Shown: piece by piece, positions 19,672 through 30,359 of the stretch | Numbering within the stretch: position 1 is the stretch's first letter | Layout of the letters: every line of letters begins with the position of its first letter | NCBI GenBank assembly: GCA_016840165.1 | Contig: JAEOSU010000009.1 | Coordinates: 16,331 to 80,330 of the forward strand | Direction: 5' to 3' | Source of the DNA: Promethearchaeota archaeon | GTDB taxonomy: Archaea; Asgardarchaeota; Lokiarchaeia; Sigyniarchaeales; SOKP01 | DNA: 64,000 bases | The notes under the pieces: model-generated | Database searches by the model: none | What the model saw: the letters and a program-made list of their open reading frames with translations, nothing else | Told to the model about the DNA's origin: nothing | Translations under genes and position numbers: made by a program

Positions 19672-19971
19672 GAATTTAAATTTGTAGGTTGTTGAATATC
19701 TTTATGAAAAGAATTATTTGTTTTTATATTTAATCGATTGAATAATATGCTATTAAGTATGAAAATAATAAATCTGTAGACTATCTTTTTTAAGCAGAAA
19801 AAGCAATAATTTTTCTTTTTCAAAAACAACTCTCTAAGATTATAATTTAGCTTTTTTAGATATTTTAACAGTATTAATTTTATTGTTTCATATAAATTCT
19901 CTGCCAAAATTATTTATACTGATTTTGTTATTAAGAATTTAAAACTTTAACTTATCTAATAATTAAAAAGG

Positions 19972-22263
19972 GTGTCTAAGGTGGAAAGGAAATGTAAGCT
20001 TTCTATAATAATTATATTTTTTTTGACGCTTAATTGTACTCTAATGATGAGATTTTTCAATTCTTTAACAACTTCACCAAGTGGTGAAAGTTTTGGGTTA
20101 AAGAGTAGTCAAATTTATGCTGGAAATTATTCTGGTGATATTTCAATAATGTATTTTGATCAAGACTCTATCTCATCATCAGAATTTAGTACTTCCTCTT
20201 TAACACAAATTATTCCTCATAATATATCAAGACCTGGGGCAGAATATAAAGTGAACAATTTAGATATTTATGCAGAGATAGCCTTCGGTCATAAAATTGC
20301 GGGAAATATATCGGAACAGATTAGCTATGCTCCATCATTAGCTTTTGGACAAGAATTTATCTATCCAGATATAGAATATCTTGAAGGTTTTCTCCTTTAT
20401 TTAAATTATAGTCTGCTTTTAGAGCCAATTTCATATTATTATTGGGATGTGTCTATCTATGATGAATTTTTTACCACCGAAATTGATTGGTTTTATAACT
20501 ATGAAGAAAGAAAAGAAGTAGATGAGTGGATGCGTTTTGAACCGTATGTGCATAAATATAATGTGTCCCAGAAATACAATATTGTTTTGAGGTTTTATCA
20601 CTCCAATTTAGGATATGTCCGACCATTTGATTTTTGGAAGGCAGAAAACTATACTAGTCCTATCTATAATCAAGGAGCAACTACTTACTTCAATGGCACT
20701 GACTTTGTCCCGGTTAAAAATGATACAACATCAGATTTGCTCTGCTATTTATTATATTCTGAAAAGTTAAATCCATCAACTATTGATATTCAATTTATCA
20801 TCAATGATGTATCCTATACTCCTATTTATGCTGATACTTATGTATATTATTCCCACTCCTTTGGTGCCCCACTATTTCAAGCTATCAATCTTACTATAAT
20901 AAGTGATAAAGTAATCCCAGTATTACGCGTCACCACAGATGTATATTATATTAATTTAATCCAAGCGGAGGGAATTTATAAGGTTTATAATAATCACATT
21001 GAATGGGTTATAAATTATCCATATAGAGAAATTCACTATGGATGGCCTCCCCCCCTCTTCTTGTTCGAAAAAGACTGGGTTCTGGACTCTTTAAATGACT
21101 CACGTGGTTTTGAGATGAGTGATATTTATTTTGGTCCAGTTACCTTATATAATACGTCATATTATGGTATTGTCACATTTTTTGGGCCCCCTTTAGAACA
21201 AGGGAATTATACTGGTACTTTTTTCTCACCGAATTATTGTCAATCAATCAATCCTCAATTAAAAACAGTAAACGGATTTATTTCTCAAGTTTCATTTGAA
21301 CTTGGACAGACTTTTCGCATCGAGGCACCTTTGATCAGCACTTTATACCCAAATGTAACTGATGGAATAGGCCAAATTAATTTACGAAATCCCTCGGGTC
21401 AAATAATCCATGATGAATCAAATATATCTCCTACTGATGGCAAACTTATTAGTTCAGAAATCGAAATTACTAATGAAATGGAAGAAGGTATATATGAAGT
21501 TGAGATTTTTTGGTCAAATGGTAAAGAGGTAGCATATTATACCTTTCAATTTGAAGTAAGAGCACCCCTCAATTTACTTTTAATCATTGGCTTATCTTTA
21601 TCTATTGGAGTAATTTCTATTGCAGCTGCGTTAGTAGTAAGAAGGCAAATTCGCATGAGAAATTGGGAAAAATCATTACGAAATTTATTTGTATTAACAA
21701 AAGACGGATTAAGTCTCTACGAATATTCATTTGGGATCGAGATTCAAGATCCTGCTCTTATTTCTGGAATGATAGCCGCTCTCACTCAATTTGTACGGGA
21801 AGCTACAGGAAGTAAGAAGGCGCTTCGCACTGTTGACCAAGAAGATAAAAAAGTTCTTCTTTATCATGGGAGCTATACAACCACAGCTTTATTAGCAGAA
21901 AAAGATTTGCCAATTATCCATAAAAGGATTAAAGGTTTTGCTGAGGAATTTGAAGGAACCTTTAATAAGAATATTAAGCATTTTAGTGGCGAAGTATCTG
22001 CTTTTAAAAATGCAAATGTAATAGTAAACAAATATTTTCCCTTAGATGTAGAAGAACAAGTTATACGGGGAGTTCGTGAAAAATTAATAGAATTTCGAGA
22101 ACGTTTAAATGTATTAACTGACCCAAGACATATTATATCCTTAATGAGAGAAATAACTGAATTTATCTCTCGGTATCATGCGATAGTTAACGAGCATTAT
22201 CTCAATTATTACAATGAGATTATCAAAGTAGCAGAGCAAAAAATCTCTGGGCAATCTAATTAA
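19972..22263 (+). CDS. Membrane protein: N-terminal signal/TM, large extracellular beta-rich region, TM, cytoplasmic longin domain
   Basis: Many N-x-S/T sequons; TM LLLIIGLSLSIGVISIAAALVV; longin LFVLTKDGLSLY...DPALISGMIAALTQFVRE...FSGEVSAF. Confidence 0.8.
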   Translation: MSKVERKCKLSIIIIFFLTLNCTLMMRFFNSLTTSPSGESFGLKSSQIYAGNYSGDISIMYFDQDSISSSEFSTSSLTQIIPHNISRPGAEYKVNNLDIYAEIAFGHKIAGNISEQISYAPSLAFGQEFIYPDIEYLEGFLLYLNYSLLLEPISYYYWDVSIYDEFFTTEIDWFYNYEERKEVDEWMRFEPYVHKYNVSQKYNIVLRFYHSNLGYVRPFDFWKAENYTSPIYNQGATTYFNGTDFVPVKNDTTSDLLCYLLYSEKLNPSTIDIQFIINDVSYTPIYADTYVYYSHSFGAPLFQAINLTIISDKVIPVLRVTTDVYYINLIQAEGIYKVYNNHIEWVINYPYREIHYGWPPPLFLFEKDWVLDSLNDSRGFEMSDIYFGPVTLYNTSYYGIVTFFGPPLEQGNYTGTFFSPNYCQSINPQLKTVNGFISQVSFELGQTFRIEAPLISTLYPNVTDGIGQINLRNPSGQIIHDESNISPTDGKLISSEIEITNEMEEGIYEVEIFWSNGKEVAYYTFQFEVRAPLNLLLIIGLSLSIGVISIAAALVVRRQIRMRNWEKSLRNLFVLTKDGLSLYEYSFGIEIQDPALISGMIAALTQFVREATGSKKALRTVDQEDKKVLLYHGSYTTTALLAEKDLPIIHKRIKGFAEEFEGTFNKNIKHFSGEVSAFKNANVIVNKYFPLDVEEQVIRGVREKLIEFRERLNVLTDPRHIISLMREITEFISRYHAIVNEHYLNYYNEIIKVAEQKISGQSN

Positions 22264-22374
22264 ACTTTTTTTCTTTTCCTTTCATTTATCTAATACGTCT
22301 AATAGGACTCATAAGCTTTAATAGAATTTCATTATTTATTTTCTCTATAGAAAGGAGCATATTGGATTCGTTAT

Positions 22375-23571
22375 ATGGATGAAAAAAAATATAAAATATT
22401 TCCTATCTTGTTTTTAGCCTTTTTTAGGGTTGCATTAGGGGTAGCTATTGGTTTAGCAGTTCCAATATACTTAATTAGTATAAATCTTGAACCTGAATTT
22501 ATTGGAATCATTACTTCTGGAACAGCGATGGCATATTTATTCTCCCCCTTACTATTTCGTAACATTCATAAAAAATTAGGTTTAAAAATGACCTTAATTC
22601 TCTCAAGCTCGGGATTTTTATTAATTCAAATAATAATTCAATTTACATTAGATCCTTGGGTTATCTATATTCTTTTAATCGCGGATGGAATCTTTTTAGG
22701 CTTCTTTTGGCCTGATTTAATGAATATTATCTCTATTATATCAAATCAAAAACAATATTATAAGAATGAACAAGAGAAAAACAAATTAATGAAATCATAT
22801 AGTCTGGCTTGGAATTTAGGAGGAGTATTTAGTTTTATAATGGGGACCATACTTCTTTTCTTGATAGATAATAATTTAATTATGTTTAATTTCGCACTGA
22901 TTTTTGCTATAATTGGGGTTATCTTTGCATTTTTAATTCAAAATCCAGATAATGATGTCAAATCGGAGATTGTCATCCCTCCTGATAATGGTTTAAAGTG
23001 TATCCCTATTGAAGATGAAGTTTCCTTTCCTTTATATATCCCTCTTATGATAATTGGAATCTATGGCTTCTTAATCGGAGGAGTAGGATTAGCTTATCCG
23101 CTTAAGTCTGATTTATTAAGTTATGCGGTGTTCACAAATTATCTTTTTTATGCCATACGTTTGGCATCTCAAACAACAACTATCGCTAAATCAATGGATT
23201 TTAAACTCAATCGTATTAAAAAGGTGCTTCCTTATTCTACGGCGATCATCATCTTCACTCTTGTATTAATGGCTTTCAATCAAAATCTTATAATGTTTGG
23301 TGTTTTATTTTTTATTTTTGGGACATTCTTATCATTTCATTACGTACTCTCATTCAAATTGATTGTATTTAAAAATATTGCTGAGAATACTTCGAAATAT
23401 AGCGCCTACTTCGAGACTATGGTAGGATTTGGCTTTTTTTTTGCCCCTATTGTTTTAGGATTTGTGGTAAATTTAGGTATCGACATAGGTTTTCTGTTTT
23501 TAGCCAGCTTATGTATATTAAGCTTAATTTTTTATTTATTGAAGAGAAAGAAAATAACGATACAGACATAA
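22375..23571 (+). CDS. MFS transporter
   Basis: About 12 TMs; KKLGLK loop, WNLGG, GFFFAPIVLG. Confidence 0.8.
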   Translation: MDEKKYKIFPILFLAFFRVALGVAIGLAVPIYLISINLEPEFIGIITSGTAMAYLFSPLLFRNIHKKLGLKMTLILSSSGFLLIQIIIQFTLDPWVIYILLIADGIFLGFFWPDLMNIISIISNQKQYYKNEQEKNKLMKSYSLAWNLGGVFSFIMGTILLFLIDNNLIMFNFALIFAIIGVIFAFLIQNPDNDVKSEIVIPPDNGLKCIPIEDEVSFPLYIPLMIIGIYGFLIGGVGLAYPLKSDLLSYAVFTNYLFYAIRLASQTTTIAKSMDFKLNRIKKVLPYSTAIIIFTLVLMAFNQNLIMFGVLFFIFGTFLSFHYVLSFKLIVFKNIAENTSKYSAYFETMVGFGFFFAPIVLGFVVNLGIDIGFLFLASLCILSLIFYLLKRKKITIQT

Positions 23572-23647
23572 ATTTTGAACATAATAGTCTATCTTTTCAA
23601 TAGATTCAAATTTCAAAAACCATTTTAAGGTAGCATACCAAGGCAAC

Positions 23648-25060
23648 TTGAAACTGAGTCTCATGCCTCAAGAACATCGATATAATTCTCTTCTCTGGCC
23701 AATTTATTTTTTAAATGGATTTCAAAGTATCGCGTGGGGAGGGATTATCTTCCTTATCGTTCCGATATCGCGAATAATTTGGCCAGGAGATCCGAGTCAT
23801 GCCTTAGAAATGGGAATAATGATCACAACTTTATCTTGGTCTGCATCTATTTCAGGGCTGTTATTGGGATTTTATATCGATAAATATTCTCGAAAGAAAA
23901 TTCTATTTATAATATCCATATTTAGGGGTATTGCCATTATACTACTAGGTTTTGGGATTCAAGGCGGAGAAGACTTTACTTATCTTTATTTCTTAATCTT
24001 TATATCGATTTTTGGAATTTTTGCAGGGTTAAGTTGGCCGACAGTCATTTCTCTCTCTAATGATATTGTACCTAAGGAGCATAGGTCTAGATTTTTTGGG
24101 AATTATGAGATTGTTCGTTCTTTAACGATGACACTGGGGTTTGTTTTTGGAGCTTTATTAATGCAAACAGGTTATTGGCGTTTCTTTTTTTGGATAGCTG
24201 GCAGTGGAATAATTATATTCGGAATTGTTTATGATATCCAAAGCGAGGAACCGAAACGCGGTGCTCAAGAAGAAGAATTGATTCATATTTTAAAAAAGGA
24301 TAATCTAACTTATAATTATAAAATTAATCGAGAAATGATGAAGAAAACAATGTTTAGTAAAACCAATATTGTTGCCTTAATCGAAGGTATTTTTACATGG
24401 ATTCTAATGGGTTCTATTAATTTCTTGATACTTAATCTGATCCAAAACGAGCCACACAATATCTCAGAATTTTCAACTAGTATATTTATGGTAATTTTTG
24501 GATTAACGGGGGGCATCTCAGGTCAGCTAATTTTGGCTCGATTAAGTGATAAACTCGCTCGGAAATATATGAATGCACGAGTACTAATGATTATTTTTGC
24601 TTTAATAGGCGGTATCATAACATTTGCGCTCTTTTTCTTTATTCCTTGGCCAAATTTAACAGTGGAACAGGGAAAAGATATTATATATTTAATGTCATTC
24701 CCAGCAATTTGGTTAATGGGAGCTTTATTCTTCTTTTCCAGATCCATTTTTTCTCTCTATATTGTAAATCAAAGCCCCGTGTTACAACATATCAATTTGC
24801 CTGAAGCGCAAGCTCAAATTGTCTCTTGGAATCAATTTTTAGAAAACCTTGGCAGAGGAATAGGACCCGCAATAAGTGGACTTTTATTGGTCCTTACACA
24901 ATATAATTATCAGCAGACTATTCTCTATGTAATTTTATGTATTTTACCAGGAGTAATCCTCTGGACATTTGCGATAAAATGGTATCCGAGTAATGTTATT
25001 CAAATTAAAGCCATCTTAAAAGAAAGAGCAGAATCTATTAAATCAAATTCTAAATCCTAA
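23648..25060 (+). CDS. MFS transporter
   Basis: Motif A GFYIDKYSRK, PKEHRSRFFG, WRFFF, EPKRG, LSDKL, GRGIGP. Confidence 0.88.
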   Translation: MKLSLMPQEHRYNSLLWPIYFLNGFQSIAWGGIIFLIVPISRIIWPGDPSHALEMGIMITTLSWSASISGLLLGFYIDKYSRKKILFIISIFRGIAIILLGFGIQGGEDFTYLYFLIFISIFGIFAGLSWPTVISLSNDIVPKEHRSRFFGNYEIVRSLTMTLGFVFGALLMQTGYWRFFFWIAGSGIIIFGIVYDIQSEEPKRGAQEEELIHILKKDNLTYNYKINREMMKKTMFSKTNIVALIEGIFTWILMGSINFLILNLIQNEPHNISEFSTSIFMVIFGLTGGISGQLILARLSDKLARKYMNARVLMIIFALIGGIITFALFFFIPWPNLTVEQGKDIIYLMSFPAIWLMGALFFFSRSIFSLYIVNQSPVLQHINLPEAQAQIVSWNQFLENLGRGIGPAISGLLLVLTQYNYQQTILYVILCILPGVILWTFAIKWYPSNVIQIKAILKERAESIKSNSKS

Positions 25061-25118
25061 ATAAATGATTTTGATTAATAATAAAAAAATTTAATAATAA
25101 AACAAGAAGTAAGAAATT

Positions 25119-25610
25119 ATGGTAAAAGTATTAGTGGTATATTATTCGTTGACTGGTAATACCAAATTTATTGCAAATCATATAGGCAATGAACTAAATG
25201 CAGATTTCGAAGAAGTAAAACCCGTCAAAGATTTGGATCCGGAAAGTGGTTCGAAATACTTCTGGGGTGGAATGAAAGCTACGATGAAGATTAAACCTAA
25301 ACTAGAAAAGTTAATACATAATCCAATGGATTATGATTTAATTATTATCGGTAGTCCTGTATGGGCGTGGACATTATCTCCGCCAATTCGGTCTTATTGC
25401 TCGCAATTTGATTTAAAGGATAAAAATGTGGCGTTAATCACCAGCAGTAGCGGTGATGGAGTAAAGGCAATGAATAGATTTAAGGATTTTCTGATAGATA
25501 GTAATATTATTGGTGAATACCGCTTTCAAGATCCCTTGACTAACAATCCAGAACAAGCTAGAGAAAAGGCAACTGAATGGGTAAAAGAATTAATGAGGAT
25601 CATCCAATAA
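25119..25610 (+). CDS. Flavodoxin family protein
   Basis: VVYYSLTGNT and YDLIIIGSPVWA. Confidence 0.9.
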   Translation: MVKVLVVYYSLTGNTKFIANHIGNELNADFEEVKPVKDLDPESGSKYFWGGMKATMKIKPKLEKLIHNPMDYDLIIIGSPVWAWTLSPPIRSYCSQFDLKDKNVALITSSSGDGVKAMNRFKDFLIDSNIIGEYRFQDPLTNNPEQAREKATEWVKELMRIIQ

Positions 25611-25728
25611 GAAGTGATTAAGTAATTTTTAAAATTTAAAATTATATTTTTTTACTCTATTCCTTTTTTAAATATTTATTGAATCATAAACATTTAAATT
25701 GATAATTAAGTATTAAACAAAGTAGATT

Positions 25729-26274
25729 ATGAGTGATTTTAAGTTCAAGCTCCCAATAATCGGCGACGGCGGTGTGGGTAAAACTACATTAACACATCGT
25801 TATTTAGAGGGCATTTTTGATGAGAAATATGCCCTTACAATCGGAATGGAGTTTTATATTAAGAAACTTGAGGTTGATGAGAAAATGACTAGCCTTCATA
25901 TCTGGGACTTCGCTGGAGAAGAAAAATTCCGATTTCTTTTGCCAGGAGTTATAAATGAAGCAAATGGTACTTTATTTATGTTCGATATCACTCGCTACAA
26001 GACATTTAGCAATCTGATAGATTGGTTAGCTGTTTTTAACGAAACAAATAGAAATTATGGTCAACAAGTTGAAACTATCTTGATAGGAAGCAAGTTAGAT
26101 CTTGAACAAGCGCGCACGGTTTCCAAAACTGATGCTGCTGAATTCGCTAAAGAACATAATTTTTCAGAATATATAGAATGTTCTTCTAAAACTGGAGAGA
26201 ATGTACAGTTAATCTTTGAAAGAATCGCACGATTAATGCTAAAGAACGAAATTTCGCTGCTGAAAAAAAAGTAA
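25729..26274 (+). CDS. Rab-like small GTPase
   Basis: GDGGVGKT, TIGMEF, WDFAGE, GSKLD, ECSSK. Confidence 0.93.
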   Translation: MSDFKFKLPIIGDGGVGKTTLTHRYLEGIFDEKYALTIGMEFYIKKLEVDEKMTSLHIWDFAGEEKFRFLLPGVINEANGTLFMFDITRYKTFSNLIDWLAVFNETNRNYGQQVETILIGSKLDLEQARTVSKTDAAEFAKEHNFSEYIECSSKTGENVQLIFERIARLMLKNEISLLKKK

Positions 26275-26417
26275 GAGATCGAGATAAAATCCATTTACTT
26301 GCTACAGGATGCTTTTTGCTTTTTCAATAACTTTTATTATCATTTCTAAATTAATTAAAGATATTGAATATGGAATTTAGACTTAAATTTTAAAATTCTA
26401 ATCCAAATTTAGGAGCA

Positions 26418-28040
26418 TTGAATGAAAGAATGAAATCGATGTATGATTTAGATGTCCCTATTCCTTCTAAAAAGGCCCATATAGTACGAAATATAAAAGA
26501 AGTTTCTCAAGCCCAGAGAGAAACTTTACTTAAGGAGACCGAATATAGTATGTTCTCTTTTCCGGCAGATATGCTCATTTTAGATTTTTTATCTGATAGT
26601 GGTACCTCAACAATGACAGATTTACAATGGGCAGCAATACTTCTCGGTGATGAGTCATATGGACGCAATCGTGGATATTATATTCTCCTTGATGCAATTA
26701 GGGATACTTTCGAACGTGGTGATCAGCAAAAAAAAGTTATCAATCTAATTCTTTCAGGCGAAACTAATGTTGATAGACTCATGAATGAACTTTATCTTAC
26801 CTCATTTGAAGGTGGGTTTGTTAATGGAGGAGTTCATCAATTAAAACGACCGAATGCTTTTCTTGTCCCACAAGGACGTTGTGCTGAATATCTACTCTTT
26901 TCCACCATTGCACCATTATTAAAACGAAATAATCCGAAAGATGTGTTCTATATTCCCAATAATGGGCACTTTGACACCACTGAAGCCAATATAAGAGCCA
27001 ACGGATTTCAGCCTGTAAACTTTTTTTCGAACAATCTTCTTGAAGATTTTCCTGTTGAAAAGATAAGTCTTAAAAATCCATTTAAAGGTAATATGGATGT
27101 AGATGGTTTAAAAAAATTTATAGAAAGTAAGGGAGTGGGTACCATTCCTTTAATCTATTTAACTATTACTAATAATACTGCTGCAGGTCAACCAGTTTCT
27201 ATGAAAAATATAAAAGAAGTTAGAGATGTCGCGAATAAATTTGATATTCCTCTTTTCTTAGATGCCTGCCGATATGCGGAAAACGCTTACTTCATAAAAG
27301 AGTTCGAGCAAGGATATAAAAATAAATCCATCCCTACTATAATAATGGAGTTATTTTCTTATGTTGATGGATTTACAATAAGTTTCAAGAAAGACGGTTT
27401 AGCGAACATGGGAGGAGGATTATTTTTCAGAGATCAGGGAGTTTTTCATAGGAAATTTTCTGAAGATGGTGATATTGGGATTAAATTAAAAGAAAGACAA
27501 ATTTTAATTTTTGGAAACGATTCCTATGGAGGATTGAGTGGCCGTGATATTATGGCTTTAGCTGCTGGATTATATGAAGTTGTTAAGGAAAGCTATCTTA
27601 AAGAAAGGATTACTCAGGTACGAGACTTTGCTACAAAACTCTCACATAATGGCGTTCCTGTTGTTCTTCCTCCTGGTGGTCATGCCATCTATATCAACGT
27701 TGATAAGTTCTTTGCTGGTACAGATATGAAAATAAATGATTTTGGAGGCGTCGGGTTTGCTATCGAATTATTAAGGTATTACGGTATTAGAGCATGTGAG
27801 CTAGGTCCATTTGCCTTTGAATGGGATAATAAAACTCCTAAGGAACGTGAGGGGATTTTAAATTTAATCCGTTTTGCGATCCCTCGAAATGTATATAACA
27901 CTGATCATATCGATTATGCAGTAGCTGCAGTTACTGAATTATATAATAATAAAGAGAAAATCCCAAAAGTTAAGATCTCGCGAGGAGCTAAATTACGCCT
28001 TCGACATTTTCAATCCGGTCTTCAACCTATTTATAAATGA
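26418..28040 (+). CDS. tnaA: Tryptophanase (beta-eliminating lyase family)
   Basis: DFLSDSGT, GDESY, QGRCAE, FDTT, TITNNTAAGQPVS, DACRYAEN, SFKKD (PLP Lys), GGHAIY, RFAIPR. GIRACELG lacks the Arg that tyrosine phenol-lyase has in RSMERG. Confidence 0.8.
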   Translation: MNERMKSMYDLDVPIPSKKAHIVRNIKEVSQAQRETLLKETEYSMFSFPADMLILDFLSDSGTSTMTDLQWAAILLGDESYGRNRGYYILLDAIRDTFERGDQQKKVINLILSGETNVDRLMNELYLTSFEGGFVNGGVHQLKRPNAFLVPQGRCAEYLLFSTIAPLLKRNNPKDVFYIPNNGHFDTTEANIRANGFQPVNFFSNNLLEDFPVEKISLKNPFKGNMDVDGLKKFIESKGVGTIPLIYLTITNNTAAGQPVSMKNIKEVRDVANKFDIPLFLDACRYAENAYFIKEFEQGYKNKSIPTIIMELFSYVDGFTISFKKDGLANMGGGLFFRDQGVFHRKFSEDGDIGIKLKERQILIFGNDSYGGLSGRDIMALAAGLYEVVKESYLKERITQVRDFATKLSHNGVPVVLPPGGHAIYINVDKFFAGTDMKINDFGGVGFAIELLRYYGIRACELGPFAFEWDNKTPKEREGILNLIRFAIPRNVYNTDHIDYAVAAVTELYNNKEKIPKVKISRGAKLRLRHFQSGLQPIYK

Positions 28041-28163
28041 TGGAAAAAAAGAGATTACATTACTTTTTAGTTAATACTAAAGTAAGAACGTAACCTAAAT
28101 GGCGAAAATTAAACAAAACTTTGAGTAAAGCAAAAAGAATGACGACTTAATATGAAAATACCT

Positions 28164-28484
28164 TTAGATTTCCAAAGTTCTTAATCGTTTGGACATGTTT
28201 TTTCTCTTCAGGATCTTCATAAAGTCATCTTCTTCTTGCTTTAATCTACTAAGAAACGTATCGAGTTTATCAAAGTTATTAAACCAATGTTCCTCACCAT
28301 TAACAATAATCTTGACACCCTTTTTATCAATATTATTGATAATTGCATAGATACCACCTATTTCCGAATCATGTTTGATAAATACCTTTTCCCCATTCGA
28401 ATTAACCCCTTTTTCATTCCCTTTTTTAGCCCAAAATTGATTTTTAAGAAGGTAACTTCTATACATACTCATTTTCACACACAC
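28164..28484 (-). CDS. Hypothetical protein
   Basis: 106-aa ORF filling an intergenic gap; no recognisable motif. Confidence 0.55.
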   Translation of the reverse strand: MCVKMSMYRSYLLKNQFWAKKGNEKGVNSNGEKVFIKHDSEIGGIYAIINNIDKKGVKIIVNGEEHWFNNFDKLDTFLSRLKQEEDDFMKILKRKNMSKRLRTLEI

Positions 28485-28841
28485 AACCTATATTTTTAAT
28501 TTTTAATCATGGGTCATCGTGATATAGTAGATAATGGCCCATAGAGTAGTATCTAAGTAATATAATATTGAGCTATATTATAGAACCGTGTATTATCCAA
28601 ATGTAATCTAGATAATACGCGACTTTTAATTTCTATTAACCCAACTATTTTACTCAGATCCATTATTATCAAAAATCTCAAAATTCCTATTTAAATGGGC
28701 AACTAAAGAAAATTATAGCATTTCATACAAAATTTTTTCTTATGGTAGATTTCGACTGCAAGTTTGTAATATGGTAACGATAATATAGAAAAAAAATGGC
28801 TTTTAAAAAGTCATATATATTATTATTTTTGGGAGCTCAAA

Positions 28842-29135
28842 ATGTTGATGAATGAAGAATTCGAATTCTTAGTATCGATATATGAAGGATTTCTAAAGAC
28901 GAAAAATGATCAGATCCATAAATTTATGTGGAAATTGAATTCTATCACTAAAACCATGAAATTTTCAAACGATCAAAGTGATGATGGCTTCTGTGAGAAT
29001 GCCCTTCGAATGATCATGAGTTTGTTCCATAATTACATCATTGATGATTCAGAAATCGAAGAAACTGTTGATAATGGATCACTTTTTAATGATAGGGATG
29101 TAATTTTGCCTATCTTAATTGAAGAATTCGTTTAA
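28842..29135 (+). CDS. Hypothetical acidic helical protein
   Basis: 97-aa ORF with GGGAG upstream and a TATA-like element; no recognisable motif. Confidence 0.6.
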   Translation: MLMNEEFEFLVSIYEGFLKTKNDQIHKFMWKLNSITKTMKFSNDQSDDGFCENALRMIMSLFHNYIIDDSEIEETVDNGSLFNDRDVILPILIEEFV

Positions 29136-29186
29136 CTTTCATTATTAGCAATATTAATCATTATCTATTAATTTAGAATTAAATTA

Positions 29187-29693
29187 TTACTTAAACTGTT
29201 TTTCAAATTCCCATACTGAATCTTGAATGGTGTGTAGGTTTTTTATGACCTTCCCAGATTCCTTTCTCTTCATCTCATCTGCGTCGTACATTGCTTTCCC
29301 CACAGCCAATGAACGGTCATGAGTTTCATCAGCTATTTCAATAATATCTCCTTTTTTAATCGAGGAATCTATTTTGGTGATTCCCGGTCTCATAATATCT
29401 GCACCGTTTGCAACAAATTTAATAGCTCCCATATCCACGACAACCTTCTTTAAATTAACTTGATTGTTTAAAAGAAGGGTCAAAACCGGGATATATCCCT
29501 CTTTAGATTTCCAAAGCTTTAAAACATCATTAATTGCAAACAAGGTGTCTCCAGCATCAGTTTGAATGAGTTCTATCTTAGCTTTTTTAGGGAAGATTTG
29601 CGAGAGAAATTTCTCATCATATTGCTTTAAAATATCCTCTTTTAATTCCCTAATTTGTGATTTCTGAATAAAATGTCTTTGTTTGATGTTCAT
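29187..29693 (-). CDS. DUF1947 + PUA domain RNA-binding protein (MCT-1/Tma20-like)
   Basis: VVVDMGAIKFVANGADIMRPGI, LAVG, GKVIKNLH..D..W. Confidence 0.92.
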   Translation of the reverse strand: MNIKQRHFIQKSQIRELKEDILKQYDEKFLSQIFPKKAKIELIQTDAGDTLFAINDVLKLWKSKEGYIPVLTLLLNNQVNLKKVVVDMGAIKFVANGADIMRPGITKIDSSIKKGDIIEIADETHDRSLAVGKAMYDADEMKRKESGKVIKNLHTIQDSVWEFEKQFK

Positions 29694-29763
29694 GATTTAC
29701 TAACTAAATAATAATGATTCCATAAAAACCTTTTAATTTCATATTCCCATATCTTCAAGTGTC

Positions 29764-30309
29764 ATGTCTAAGGTATATTCCTCGGCCGTAGTATTCATCC
29801 CTCCCGAAAAACTATGGAATCCAATTCAAGCAATACGAGAAAAATATGACAGAAATTTCCGCCGTTGGATGCCTCACATCACTCTATTATATCCCTTTCG
29901 ACCAGAAAGCGAATTTGATTCATTAGAATTAGACTTTAAAAAAGTATGTAAGGATTTGGCACCTTTTGAACTAAAGCTAGAATCTTTCAATTTTTTCCAG
30001 CATGGAAAGCAACGTTTTACTATATGGCTCGAGCCAAAACCGCAAGACATAATTATTAATCTCCAGAGAAAAATTCAAATCGTTGCCCCCAATTGTAATG
30101 ACGTTGTTTTATTCAAGGGAGGTTTTACTCCCCATCTAAGCTTAGGGCAGATAACGGGAAGAGATGTATTAGAGAGAACTTTACTAGATTTTAAATCTCA
30201 TTGGAAATCTCTTCAGTTCATAATTGACAAATTGTTTATTATTGCTCGAGAAGCGAGCAAGAATTCCATTTTTCAAATTAAAAAAATCATTCCCTTCTCA
30301 AAACAATAA
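29764..30309 (+). CDS. 2H phosphoesterase (2'-5' RNA ligase family)
   Basis: Two HxT/S motifs: PHITLLYPF and PHLSLGQ. Confidence 0.88.
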   Translation: MSKVYSSAVVFIPPEKLWNPIQAIREKYDRNFRRWMPHITLLYPFRPESEFDSLELDFKKVCKDLAPFELKLESFNFFQHGKQRFTIWLEPKPQDIIINLQRKIQIVAPNCNDVVLFKGGFTPHLSLGQITGRDVLERTLLDFKSHWKSLQFIIDKLFIIAREASKNSIFQIKKIIPFSKQ

Positions 30310-30359
30310 AAAAGTCAAATTCCAAAAAAGATAAAGAAGTAAGTCTAGGTAAAAAATAA

